Part shown: in pieces, positions 28,278 to 43,879 of the stretch
Layout: the number at the start of each line of letters is the position of its first letter
Numbering within the stretch: position 1 is the first letter of the stretch
Origin: Eledone cirrhosa
Lineage: Eukaryota
DNA: 64,000 nt
Assembly (NCBI GenBank): GCA_964016885.1
Contig: OZ024743.1
Location: 103,292,001-103,356,000 of the forward strand
Reading direction: 5' to 3'
The notes under the pieces: model-generated
Seen by the model: only the letters and a program-made list of their open reading frames with translations
Told to the model about the DNA's origin: nothing
Database searches by the model: none
Translations under genes and position numbers: made by a program

Positions 28278-28560
28278 ACTTGGGGAGGGTCATATTGTAA
28301 TAATATTGCCAGAAACAATAACAGAACACACTCACTGTTTGGTTGGTTTTCGATTCTGCATCTTTTATATCGCCATATTTAATTTATTTGGAAATCAATT
28401 TTTATCATTGACTGACCAACGGTTAAAAATACAGATATAAATATATATATATATATATAGTCTAACAAAGTTCTTTCGTTGCACATCTGCAACATCATCA
28501 GTGGTACTATTACCATGTTTGTCTCCTATTGTGTTGTATTGTAAAATATATATATATAGT
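28278..28560 (-). mobile_element. Diverged inverted copy of the pLTR at 33600-33897, with hammerhead at ~28458-28506 (F7)
   Basis: Reverse strand ACCA-CTGATGA-T-GTTGCA-GATG-TGCAAC-GAAA; shared AACCAACCAAACAGTGAGTGTGTTCTGTTATT and ATATGACCCTCCCCAA. Confidence 0.75.
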
Positions 28561-28723
28561 TCAAAATGACAAACAAACAAACAAACGCAGGAGTCAATGG
28601 TACATGGTGTTATTAGCTTCACGCTTGGTGAAAATGGGATATATATATAAGAGAGTGTTGAAGTTTGCTTGGATATATATATAAGAGAGTGTTGAAGTTT
28701 GCTTGAAGCAATGTGGAATAATA

Positions 28724-29869
<1,146 letters not shown>

Positions 29870-29882
29870 TGTTTTCTGTTAT

Positions 29883-32800
29883 ATAAAAACTACAATAACA
29901 ACAGAACAAATCCGCTTCTTAAAACACTGTGTTTCCTCCAAAACATACACAACAAACATATCAAAACAAGTAAATAATTTATTATTGAACAAAACACAAG
30001 CTGAACGGCTAAAACACACAATAACAGTTAATATGAAAAGAACAACATACACAAAAGTCAACGCACTCTACAGACAAAAACGCATCAACGGTATGGAAAT
30101 CCGAAATCTCATCACAGCAAACGAGAGAGATGACTTCATGAGCGTCATTCGACGCGAAACGAAATATGCTCAAAACGAATGCTGTAGGCATTTCAAGAAG
30201 AAATTAGAATGGATGAATAAGAAAAAACTACAAGAAAGGAAAATCGAATATTCTCAAAAATACCAAGATAACATCGACAACATCCCTATGAGTGATGTAA
30301 AACTACCGGAAGAATTTACCAATGACCACACAGTAAATATCTATGGGAACACTTTAATCAGTGAACAAGAACAACAAATCCTAAAGTTACCACCAAAATT
30401 TGCCATCTACAAAAAGATTAACCCTATGGAATGCAAAACGAAGCTGGAAAAGTGTTTCACAAAAATACGTTGGAATGCAAAGGTAAACAACAACAACAAT
30501 AATAACGGTAGTAGTAATATAAACAATAACTCTGGGTATAGAAATAACAGCCATAACCATAACAATGGCAGGAAAGTGAGAAATAGTGATAATGGCAATA
30601 ATACTAGCGATAGACAGAACAACAACAACCACAATAATAATAATAATAGAAACGTTAACCACAGACACAGCAACAGTGACCACTGTAGTAATAACGGTAA
30701 CAATACGAACAACAACAACAACAATAACCACAGTGGTAATAATGGAAATAGTACATGTAGCAACATCAACAAAAACAAGAAACATAATAATAGTAACAAC
30801 CACAATGGTAGAAATAGCAGTAACAACAACAACAATAACGGTGAAGTAAACAACAATACATCTAGCAATCATAACAATAATAATATTAATGCTAATGATA
30901 GAAACAACAACAACCACCATGATAACAATAATAGCAACACACACAACTATGACGATAGAAATAACGACAACCCCTTAGAGAAACTATTTTTCAACCCAGC
31001 TGACAAAACATATAAGATGGGTAATATCTATCCTACGAGGTTACCCTTTAATAAAAGAGTTTGCATACCACAGCAAATAGATGACGAGACGGAGGCACAG
31101 TTCACCATAGCTAGAAATAAGATTAGACAAGTAGTAGACAGGTACACTATGAGACAGAGCAGACCAGAGGCCCAACAACTTGGGATAAAACCTGTAGAAG
31201 GCTTGGTTAGCCTCAAGCAGCGCACAAGGGATGGTGAGGTAGTGTGTCTACCCACAGATAAGTCTGGTAGGATGTCAATAGATAGCATGCCGAACTACAT
31301 CGAGGCAATGCAGCCCCACATCACCAACACGAGCGAAGTTGCACAACTAACACACGATGGGAGAGAAAAAATCCTCAACGCTCATATGATGATGTGGACT
31401 GACATCCTAAAGCCAAGCAGACGCACTGCCAACAACTTCCAGGCGTCTAACAATGGCATACCACCCTTGTATGGGCTCCGCAAAGACCACAAGACAGTCG
31501 ACGACCCGACAACAGGACCACCAACAAGACCCGTATGCGGAGCTAATATAGCTAGCAACTACAGGATCTCCTACTTCCTCTCAATGGTTATACGCCCCAT
31601 AATCAAGATGTCCCAAGATGTATGTGAAAGTACAGAGGACCTCCTCAGCAGAATCAGTGAGTGCAACAAAAACAGGAGCCTATCCAACTGCATAATAGGC
31701 AGCATGGATGTGGTGTCACTGTACCCATCCATTAACATTGATTTTGCTGTGAAAAGATGTGTGGAGATGATCATTGAGAGTGAGGTGGAGTTCTGCGACG
31801 TCGACACAGACGAACTGGGCCTCCTACTTAGACTTACCTACGACACTGACTACCTAGACAGCCATGACCTTAGATGTTTCTGCCCTAGTAGACCTATAAG
31901 AGGTAGACCCCCCACCATAACCTCAATGGCTAAAAAGACTCCCATAGGAAGGTGGATTGGGTGGACCAAAGCTATACGGACCCCCCAAAACACTGATCAG
32001 GTAAGAAAAATGGTCGCACATGCAATAGGGGCTAGTATCAAAACTACCCTAAAGGGCCACATATTTAAGTTCAATGAGAAAATCTACACCCAAAATGAGG
32101 GAGCAGCCATCGGCGTCAGCATAGCTGGTGATGTTGCCAACCTTTTCATGGTATGGTGGGAAAGGAGACTTAAAGATCTCCTTAATGAAAGCTCCATAGA
32201 CCTCATCATGTACTCTCGTTATGTAGACGATATCAATATAGTTATAAGAACACCCCCACTAGAGAGCACTAACAAGTTTGATTTAGAACGTAGCACGATG
32301 GAAAGCATCCAGCAGATAGCTAATTCCATACACCAGAGTATAACTGTAACTATAGACTTCCCTTCCAAACACCCTAACAATAGACTTCCTGTATTAGACA
32401 CAGAACTCTGGATTAACACTATAGACGAGAGAGCCCAAATTCTCCACTCACACTATGCTAAACCCATGGCCTCCAAATACCTGATACTCAAAAACTCAGC
32501 AATGTCCAGTAGTGCTAAGTTTAATATTCTGATCGCAGATTTGGTACGAGTGATGAAGAATGTGTCCAGCATGTGCGACCCAACAGAAATGGAAGGACAC
32601 ATCCAACACTTCATCAACCGCATGCAGTTCTCTGGCTACAACCAAAGAGACAGAGTCAGAGTATACGAAGGAGCCATGGAAAAGTATAAGACCCTCATAG
32701 AACTGGACATGAAAGGAATTTGCCCACTATACAGGAGCAAATCATGGAATAGCTTAGATAGGGCTAGACATAAGATAGGGAAGGCCACATCATGGTACGA

Positions 32801-33377
32801 CAACCAGAGATATCAGAGTGTCATGTTTGTGGACGCCACCCCTGGAGGGAAATTAGCTAACCAGTGTAGAAAGGCCCTGAGAAAGACCCACTTAAAAATA
32901 AAGGTGGTAGAAAAGCCAGGAACCACCATAAAATCCCTGATCAGCAAAACCTAACCTTTTAAGAAAACCCACTGTACCAATAGGAAATGTATCATATGTA
33001 AGGTGAACCCCCGGATAAACTGTAAAACTAGAAACGTAGTCTATAGCATAAGATGTACAGAGGGTACTTGCAGAAACATGACAACAACATACATAGGTGA
33101 GACAGCTCGTAGCATAGGTGAAAGGATAGACCAACACTGGGGGGAACTAAAAGGACGAAAAAACGGGTCAGTACTATACGAACATGCTAGACAACAACAT
33201 GACGGTAACATAGACAACATAGAAATTAGAATAATATCTAAACATAGGAATGACCCAGCAGATAGGCAAATCAGAGAGGCCAGTGAAATAGAAATTAGAA
33301 GACCAAAGCTAAACAGAAAGAATGAGTGGAACAACAACAACACCCAAACAAACAACACTGACCTAAGAGAAGTATAA
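29883..33377 (+). pseudogene. Near-intact PLE polyprotein: RT + CxxxxCxxC linker + GIY-YIG endonuclease, one in-frame TAA at 32952-32954
   Basis: N-terminal IRFLKHC upstream of the called start, TDKSG, PPLYGLRKDHK, TRPVC, SMDVVSLYPSI, QNEGAAIG, RYVDDI, LPVLD. Past the stop, same frame: PFKKTHCTNRKCIIC, VVYSIRC..C..YIGETARS..ERIDQH, H, RQIREA..I....LN. Confidence 0.92.
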
Positions 33378-33640
33378 ATAAGTAAATAAAATTAAATAAA
33401 ATAAGATAAATAAATACATACACAAGCACATAAACACACACTAGTCACCCAGCAGACACAACACTATACACACTAGTCACACATCACACATAACACTATA
33501 CACACACGCAAACGCATGCGCAAAGAAGACAAAATAAAATAAGATAAACAAACAAGCAAATAAATAAATAAATATATAGACAGACTGAACAAAAAAAATG
33601 GCGTAGACATACAACACAACAGGAGGAACAATGAATATAA

Positions 33641-33691
33641 CACCACTGACGATGTTACAGATGTGCAACGAAAGATTTATGTAAATTATGT
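33641..33691 (+). ncRNA. Hammerhead ribozyme motif (F7) in the 3' pLTR of the PLE
   Basis: CACCA-CTGACGA-T-GTTACA-GATG-TGCAAC-GAAA-GATTTATGTAAATT-A-TG; stems I and III imperfect. Confidence 0.65.
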
Positions 33692-33956
33692 AAACTATAT
33701 ATATGTGTTTGTGTCTATATTGTATCTGTATTATTTTTGACCGCCGGTCAGTCAATGGCAACATTGAGGACCGAGTAAGTTAGATCGCAGATATATATAT
33801 ATAAAAGACAGCGAGAAGCGAAAACCAACCAAACAGTGAGTGTGTTCTGTTATTAATTCTGGCAATATTACGCAAATATGACCCTCCCCAAATATAACAA
33901 TATATATATATGTATATGTATATATATATGTATATATATATATGTATATAAATATA

Positions 33957-34017
<61 letters not shown>

Positions 34018-34024
34018 GTATATA

Positions 34025-34062
<38 letters not shown>

Positions 34063-34066
34063 TATA

Positions 34067-34295
<229 letters not shown>

Positions 34296-34312
34296 GTATA
34301 TATATATATACA

Positions 34313-34397
<85 letters not shown>

Positions 34398-34620
34398 AAT
34401 GTAGTATTTACGTATCGAGAAAGAGGAAAAAAAGGGGGGATAGGTGATACATATTGTTATTTGCCAAGTAGCGTATGCCAAAGGTGCTCGATACTAGTGC
34501 CGGCAGTATTAAATATTCGAAGTGTTAATATTTAGTGGGTTAGAGAGTTAGCAGAGCGTAAGCACGTGGGAAAGTAAAAAATCGGAGAATAGACCGTTAA
34601 AATATGTTTATTTAAAACAG

Positions 34621-34660
34621 CACCTACGTACGTTTCGCCCAGTTGGGCTTCTCAAGGGCA
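34621..34660 (-). ncRNA. Minimal hammerhead motif, U3-A8 variant (F9), 3' pLTR
   Basis: Reverse strand TGCCC-TTGAGAA-GCCC-AACT-GGGC-GAAA-CGTACGT-A-GGTG; stem III palindrome ACGTACGT. Confidence 0.7.
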
Positions 34661-34972
34661 TAAATAATCACAAGTTTTCCTTATATTGCTCGGAAAGAGT
34701 TTTTGGGGTTAAATCCACATTAAGGTTCATTGCTCGCAAAAATATCTTGTTTTGATTTTGCAGCAAGTCAAGGGAGGTAACTCTGGCCGGTGCTAGGGCA
34801 GTCTTTCCCGGACAATTTTTTTTTTTTTTTTTTTAGCCGCATCCGTTTGTCTGAGGCTGGGTCTGGTATGCAAGGATTGTTTCCTGGGTGTTATTTTGCA
34901 GCGCCTGCCCGCCGGGGTGTTAATACTTGTTGCATGGAGATCCAGTGTACTGTTTCACTCTTCATCCTTAAC

Positions 34973-37686
34973 CTATCTGAAGAAGGATATTTTTAAGCGA
35001 TGTGTACAACTTATCGCTGTTTCAGCTCTGCTGTTGATGAGCTCGTGGGGTGCAGTTATGATGTGGTAGAGCTCCATGAGGCAAAGATCGCATTTCCTCT
35101 TGAAGTTGTACGGTGCAGCCCAGCCGACAATCTCCCAGTGCGTGGAGAAGCTGATGTTTAAGTCCTTTGTGATGTGATGTAGTCCGCGAGCGAAGGGGAG
35201 TGCCTTAGTTTTCTATTTGTGAAAGAGTGGAGATGTGTTCGAAACCTAATTTTGAACGGGCCGGAGGTGGCCCTTATATAATATTTAACGCTATTGTGGC
35301 TAGTAATAGTGCATCTATATATAACCCTATCAGTCAAGCAGTATCCTCTAAGGGGGCAGCGTCCTCTGTCGCGGCAGTTGCAATTTCTGTCGCGGTTCAG
35401 TCTATTTCCCACGGTAAGGCTATCATTGTTGCTGCCTACGTTGTTACCTACGCTACCGCAGCTGTCGTTAGCACAATTACAACCCACAGCACGCGGGGAG
35501 GCGCGATTGTTATTCCGCACGTCATGTTCTGCATGTTCCCCAGTTATTTCGTGGTTATTCTGGTTGCGTCTGCGGATGCCGTTGCCAACCCTATTGGATG
35601 CTGCCAGGGAGTTGTTAAGGCCGATATAGTTATTGTCAGGTGTAGGTGCGTCTGTGTCGATGTGCTGTGTCTTGGTGATCTTACTGTGGTTCGTTGTTCC
35701 TATGATGTCTGCTAGGTTAGGAGTAGTAGAGAAGGATATTTTTATATTGTTCCTATTAAGAATTTTTCTATACCTATGGTTGGGCGGGAAGTTCTTCTCT
35801 AAGGCTTCGAAGAACATCCGGGGTATGTTGGAGGCCACACTCCGAGAGTAGGGGGGGTGGAACCATAGGACGTTACGGTGGCGATTACGTGTCCTTGTAC
35901 TTTTGCTACGGGTGGTTCCATCTAAGTGACCGCTCTTATGTGTGTTAATGCGCAGTCGCCCGTTCGGTGCCCCTTTCACTTTATGCTCGGGTTCACTCTT
36001 TCTACCTCTTCCATGTTTATGTACACGAAGATGTTGGTTGGAAGGCGTTGGTAGTAGGCCGTCACCTTTATTGGTTTTGTAATAGGGGAATAGTTTGAGT
36101 AATCTACAGTGTTCACCGTCGCCGGGGACGTGATCTTTGGTGCGGTTATCTATTCTATTATATCCGACTTCAACGAGGTCGCCGCGTGATCGGTTATAGG
36201 TATGGCTTACTATAACGTTAGTTTTATGAGGGGGGTGGTTTCTAGAGCTAGCGTTAGGGATGTAGGAAATTCCTCGGTTAAAGCCGGCGCTTATCAGGGC
36301 CCTATTGTAGTAATCTGCCGCTTGGTTGAAGATATCCTCATTGGCGGATAGCCTCGAGATTCTATGTGAGATACTATAGACTATGGAGTTGAGAGTCTAC
36401 TTGGGGTGGTTGGAGGCATAATTAATATAAGAGAGGCACTCTCCAGGCTTATGGTATGGCTTGTATAAGCCCGTACTCAACTCCAGGGTCACGTCCAGGA
36501 AGTTGACAACCCTGTGGTTGAGGTCCATAGTTACGGATAGGCCGTATGACTTAAAGAACCTGTGTATATGTTTGTTAAGGTTCTCTATCCTACGGGGGCT
36601 ATGGTTCCTAACGGTAAACAGGGCGTCGTCCCTATATACACCTCCTTGTAGGGCCGGTATTTCTTCCCTAAGCTTATGCAGGAGGTATATGCCGACCAGG
36701 TCAGTTGCTTGCGCTGAGTCACTGGACCCCATCGTGACATTGAAGTTATCAGGACGGTTGGCTCTGGTCCAGTGGGAGCCTTCGAACTGGATAATGGTTC
36801 TACGTGCCGCTAGAATTATGTCTATTTCTTTTTTGGTGAGGCTAGTGTTAGATCTAGCTAAGATAAGTGCCTTATTTAAGAGTATGGGGGAGATAGAGGC
36901 GTAGTAACTATCTATATCAAACTGGATGAATTTCAGGCTGGCTTTATCCGGCAACTCGGTGAACCAATTTATGACCTGGTCGGTGTTGCCCTAGAGGCAG
37001 ACCTTAGCCTTTCTATTAAGCTCCAGTAGTACTCTGTCGAGGATCACTTTACTAATCTTACCTATATCTGATGTAGAGGGGCATATTAGTCTAATAGAGG
37101 GGCTTTCATTAAAGTCATATTTGTGATCCTTAAGAGAGAATTTAGGCGTCAGAGGGACGTACGGGTTAGTGTACTTTTCTATTTCTAAGCTGGTGACTAT
37201 ATCCTTCCCTACTCTATTTATGTCATTTAGGGTACTAGAAGGTGTCTTTTTGTAGTCTTTGTGTAGTTCCTTATAGATGAATTTGTTATACTCACTCGCG
37301 TCCATCTTGTACAGCTTTTTGGTTTTGTCGGAGGTGACGAAGAGGTGCGGGTCATTCTTGATCTTAGTTATTAGTGTATCAAGGGACGTTAAGAATGGAT
37401 TGCTGCATTGGTGTTTCTTTCTGAGCTTAACATTTTTGATCATTTTCAGCAGGTCCTCTTCAAAGGAGTCCAGTAAGGTGTTGTGCGATGGGTTTCTGTA
37501 TGTTTTGAAGCCATACCTCTCTTTGGGTTCAGGAAGGTTACGGGTGTTCTTATCCAGGTGGTAGGCCTTCCAACTGACTCTCCGTATAAACGAATTAGTA
37601 GCGTCTATAAGCAGTTTAAGGTAGGTTTTTCTGCTGGGTAAGAGGATACACTTGAGAGATATGGGTAACGGCTGGTTCTCCAACAT
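34973..37686 (-). pseudogene. PLE RT + GIY-YIG polyprotein, Hydra-clade-like, two in-frame TAG stops and a late frameshift
   Basis: ORFs 37686-36991, 36954-36397 and 35979-35158 share one frame: SDKT, LKDHK, IRLICP, QFDIDSYYASI, VTMGSSD, VYRDD, VNFLDVTL, WFHPPYS, CNCR...CPL, IYRC..YIRA. Shifted frame: WEIV...CDLCLME...CTH. Confidence 0.92.
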
Positions 37687-37949
37687 AATGGCAAATAAGG
37701 TGAGATGCTCTACAAAAGGAGCACGGTAATATAGTATTTACGTATCGAGAAAGAGGAAAAAAAGGGGGATAGGTGATACATAGAGTTATTTGCCAAGTAG
37801 CGTATGCCAAAGGTGCTCGATACTAGTGCCGGCAGTATTAAATATTCGAAGTGTTAATATTTAGTGGGCTAGAGAGTTAGCAGAGCGTAAGCATGTGGGA
37901 AAGTAAAAAATCGGAGAATAGACCGTTAAAACATGTTTATTTAAAACAC

Positions 37950-37989
37950 CACCTACGTACGTTTCGCCCAGTTGGGATTCTCAAGGGCA
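37950..37989 (-). ncRNA. Minimal hammerhead motif (F9), 5' pLTR copy
   Basis: As 34621-34660, with one stem II mismatch. Confidence 0.65.
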
Positions 37990-38276
37990 TAAATAATCAC
38001 AAGTTTTCCTTATATTGCTCGGAAAGAGTTTTGGGGTTTAAATCCACATCAAGGTTCATTGCTCGCAAAAATATCTTGTTTTGATTTTGCAGCAGGTCAA
38101 GGGAGGTAACTCTGGCCGGTGTTAGGGCAGTCTTTCCCGGACAATTTTTTGTTTTTGTTTTTTTGCCGCATCCGTTTGTCTGAGGCTGGGTTTGGTATGC
38201 AAGGATTGTTTCCTGGGTGTTATTTTGCAGCGCCTGCCCGCCGGGGTGTTAAGACTTGTTGCAGGGAGATCCAGTG

Positions 38277-38391
<115 letters not shown>

Positions 38392-38628
38392 AATAGAATG
38401 AAACGAAATTTCATTTCTCACTCTTAGTACGGCATTATAATACATGTTCGGTAAACTGATACGTGCATATATGTATGTGTGCCTGTATGTATATATACAT
38501 GCTACTGTACGTCTGTATACATATATGTATGTGTGCCTGTATGTATATATATACATGCTACTGTACGTCTGTATACATATATGTATGTACGTATATATAC
38601 ATACTTACATATATATATATAAATATAC

Positions 38629-38726
<98 letters not shown>

Positions 38727-38866
38727 ATATATATATATATATATAATTGGTTATGCACGAGTGCATTAAGGTTTTCCAGGACACAGTGTTATGTACCGTA
38801 TCGGGGAAGGTCAGCTTACAGCTCAACGAAATGCAGAAAATAGGTGTATATTCCAGTTTAGCTATA

Positions 38867-39009
<143 letters not shown>

Positions 39010-39172
39010 AGGATTTAGTTTCAGGCATAGCTCTATACAGGTATGTATAGAAATTTCGTATTTATGAAGAAATACTGTATGTTTACAGGTAAACAATTAG
39101 AAACCCGTAGCTATGAAAAATAAACACCGGGGCTAACGCCCTCTGGTGGCGTCCAGCAGAAGCAAGGGGGAA

Positions 39173-39216
39173 ATTGTCGATGCATTTCGGATTTAGCTGG
39201 TCCTCATCAGGACCAT
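39173..39216 (-). ncRNA. Minimal type I hammerhead motif (F10) inside a rearranged pLTR-like repeat (39008-39478)
   Basis: Reverse strand ATGGTC-CTGATGA-GGA-CCAGCTAAA-TCC-GAAA-TGCAT-C-GACAAT; stem III palindrome ATGCAT. Confidence 0.8.
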
Positions 39217-39477
39217 CCCTCCCACTGCTTGCGACTGCTGGACTTGAAAACAGCCGAGAATATATAGTTTTCTCGTTTGTGTAAATGAGGTGATTAATCT
39301 CATTTACATATGAAGCTGCCTAAGTTGGCTCAACTTATAATAGAATAGAATTAGGATTTAGCTTCCTGCATAGCTATATACAGATATCTATAGAAATTTC
39401 GTATTTCTAAAGAAACACGGAGAGGGCGTTAGCCTAGGTGTTTTTTTACATAGCTACGGCTTTCTAAATGTTTACCT

Positions 39478-39680
39478 TGGACCTGTTATTTTTATCTAAA
39501 CACATTTTTTCCAATTCCAACCCGCCCGTCCCCTGAATCTATCTTATTTCTCATTCTTTCTTCTGATGAAGGACTAGCGTCCGAAACGTTAAGACCCTCT
39601 TCATGCTATATCAAGCGTTAACCTAATATATGCCTTCCATATACTGTACCAATTGTGTTGTTATTTCTGTTTACTTTTTA
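39478..39680 (+). mobile_element. Solo pLTR-like element F2 with minimal hammerhead at ~39559-39594
   Basis: TCTT-CTGATGA-A-GGAC-TAGC-GTCC-GAAA-CGTT-AAGA; homolog of 2987-3195. Confidence 0.75.
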
Positions 39681-39704
39681 CACACACACACACATATATA
39701 TATA

Positions 39705-40228
<524 letters not shown>

Positions 40229-40637
40229 CAAAGGAGATGGTGTCAATAATAAACATTTTTTCCGGCTATGCTCTGGATTATTACACAGTTAAGTTTAAAA
40301 GAAAAACTTATGATTAACAAGTGTAAACAAAAAGGAAAAGAAAATATGGTATAAGTTCATCGGAAGCAGAAAAATAAGTATAAACAATACAAACTACACA
40401 GCAGTCAATTTCAGTACGGGGATGTGCAGACGTGAGGAGAATTACATCTCTATATGACACGGTAAATTATTATTTACTACTGTTATAAATGACTACCGTT
40501 ATATTAAGTCACATGGAACGCTGCCTAATCAATATTTTTAAAAGAAATAATAAAATTAATAATTGGTACTCGACTATGACAGTTGTTACATTTAAAGACA
40601 CAGAAATATACACACGCACAGGCCCTCGCCCCATACA

Positions 40638-41102
<465 letters not shown>

Positions 41103-41183
41103 ATGGAAAAAATTTGAACAGGGACAAAACAGAGAGGCAGTACAATATATATATATATATATATAATTATTATTATTATTATA

Positions 41184-41290
41184 TCCCGCCGAGGTTGACT
41201 TTGCCTTTCATCCTTACGGGGTCGATAAAATAAAGTACCAGTAATGCACTGGGTATTTGCTGGCCTTGTGCCTAAAGTAGAAACAATTAT
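41184..41290 (+). mobile_element. 5'-truncated SINE S1 with (ATT)n tail
   Basis: ATCCCGCCGAGGTTGACTTTGCCTTTCATCC...GAAACAATTATT. Confidence 0.85.
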
Positions 41291-41332
41291 TATAATTATT
41301 ATTATAATTATTATTATTATTATTATTATTAT

Positions 41333-41624
<292 letters not shown>

Positions 41625-41694
41625 ATGTGTGTGTGTGTGTATAAACAAGTAGTGTAAGTCAACAGGTTAACATTAACCTCCTTTATACATAGTC

Positions 41695-41753
41695 GCTTTT
41701 ATATATATTTCGGTGGTAACCATTATGAAACAGTTATGACTTCATCAAACAGC
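41695..41753 (-). ncRNA. Degenerate hammerhead motif
   Basis: Reverse strand GCTGT-TTGATGA-AGTCATAAC...GTTACCACC-GAAA-TATATAT-A-AAAGC; C3U and stem mismatches. Confidence 0.45.
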
Positions 41754-41889
41754 ACGAATTTTAACAGAAAAAAGACAGAAAACCATAACGATGGAATATA
41801 GCTTACTTCTGTTATTTCAATTTTTTATATGCTCAGAGCTGAAGTTTGGTGCTTTTTTCTCAAAGCACCGGTCGTATATTATCTCTCTT

Positions 41890-41993
<104 letters not shown>

Positions 41994-42429
41994 TGTGTAT
42001 AATTATTTATGCTCATAGACGGAAGAAAACCACTACCTAAAGTTTCAATGTCCAATATTGACTCTATCTCCAGACTGTAACAGCGATCTAATTCGTGACC
42101 TAATATTCAGGTTGACAATACCTTTAAAAGTATAGCGCGTTAAAACGCCTGCTTACGAAAACGTAGTATAACAAAGGGAAATAACTTAAAGATGTAAATT
42201 TAAAATACCAAAGCATGTATATTCCTGTTAGTATTCGTGCACTACAGAAGGTGTGTGATATTATGTGGTAGCATGTAAAGATGTTAATATATATTAAGTT
42301 ATGGAGTTGAGTAGTATAGAATGTATACAGTATTATGTACATGTGGAAAGAAGATATTAAGAAAGTATATAAATCAAATTAAGGTCGTTGAAAATCTTTT
42401 GAATTTGTTGAGTATTTCCAATTAGCAAA

Positions 42430-43400
42430 GAGGTGAACTTTGAGATGAAAGCATCTATAAATTTTCGTTATTTGAGTTCAAATAATTATTGTTCAGGGAC
42501 GACAAACCTTGTAATATTCTAAATTTCTCACTAAGGCAGAGACTAGATCGCTTAGTACCATTAGTATAAGGTATGGACCTTTCAAATACCTTCCAAGTAA
42601 TCTTATGTGGGACTCCTTTCTCCTTTAATTACAAGACTTTTTTGCCAGGGACGTGCCGGTTCTCATATCAGGATTGCCGATGGAGTGTAAATGCGGGTAA
42701 AAACGTTTATAAAACCGATCTTTCACCATAACATATGTTTCGCTAACTCCAGAATTGTGTGTGGTGTTGTGTGTAATCTCTGTCTCATACACAATAGATT
42801 TGGTATTACATTTCTGTTGGAGAGGTTAGTTCTCTTTAATCCTACAAGAGCATCTTGTATTTACGTCGGATATATTATTTTCAGTAATTGTTCGTATATC
42901 ATAGACAAGCAACATAAATAAAATATCTTGACAGAATTGCGATTGAAGAATTTACTGTAGCTACGGTGTGGTGGGAAATGTCTATCTATTAAATTTTAAA
43001 ATTTCTTACCAACATTAATCTTTACTTTAAGGGAAAAGGGGAATGGGAACCAGATAATTTTTCTTTCTCTGATAGCATTTCTAGCATGGTTCGGTTTGAA
43101 TTGATTAGGTGTGTACTTAATTTTATCTTTAATACCACTATCTAGGAGGGCTTTGTTGTAATGTGGCGCCGGCTTATAGAAAATCTCCCTGATTGTTAAT
43201 AGGTTTGAGATCCTATGACTAATATTAGAAACTAGGTTTTAAAAAACTGCGGAGTGGGGCATAAGGCTTTATTGATATATTTCAATTTTTCGTTTGGTAT
43301 ATGGTATGGTTTATACGAAGTTGTGGTTAGGTTTAAATTTACATCATGGAAATTTGCGTTAGTAAGTTTCGTATCAACCGTGATTCTAAGTCCTAGTGCA
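42430..43400 (-). pseudogene. Highly decayed Hydra-clade-like PLE thumb/endonuclease remnant
   Basis: Reverse frames: NISHRISNL, APHYNKALLDSG, IDRHFP, FFNRNSVKI, PLQQKC..KSIVY. A possible decayed HHR lies downstream at ~42030-42135. Confidence 0.7.
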
Positions 43401-43535
43401 TGAATAGGAGACGTTCAAAGAAACTTCTAGGTCAGAATTTGTTAACCAAGTAGTACCCTTTCCTGCTATTTCAAGCGTTAAACTAATATATTCTTTCCAT
43501 ATACTGTACCGATTCTCTTGTTATTTCTGATTACC

Positions 43536-43626
<91 letters not shown>

Positions 43627-43879
43627 AACGCATAGATACACATAATCGTAGACATCTAAAATATACTTGCACACATCCACAAATATATCTATACACAAAC
43701 ATATACCAATCCATACATTTATAGTCATATAGAGGCTTCCATAGGTATATGTCCACGTACATATACTCTCAATGCAATGGGGTGTCATGAAAAATAGAAA
43801 CATATATAAAGGAGAACGGAGGGAGTGCCCAATTTACTCCCAGGAAATCTTCTAAATCATGATATCGAATGAACCGCTT

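Noticed and set aside
30387-30944. Hydrophobic antisense ORFs resembling membrane proteins
   Set aside because: Reverse-strand shadow of the AAC/AAT-rich insert.
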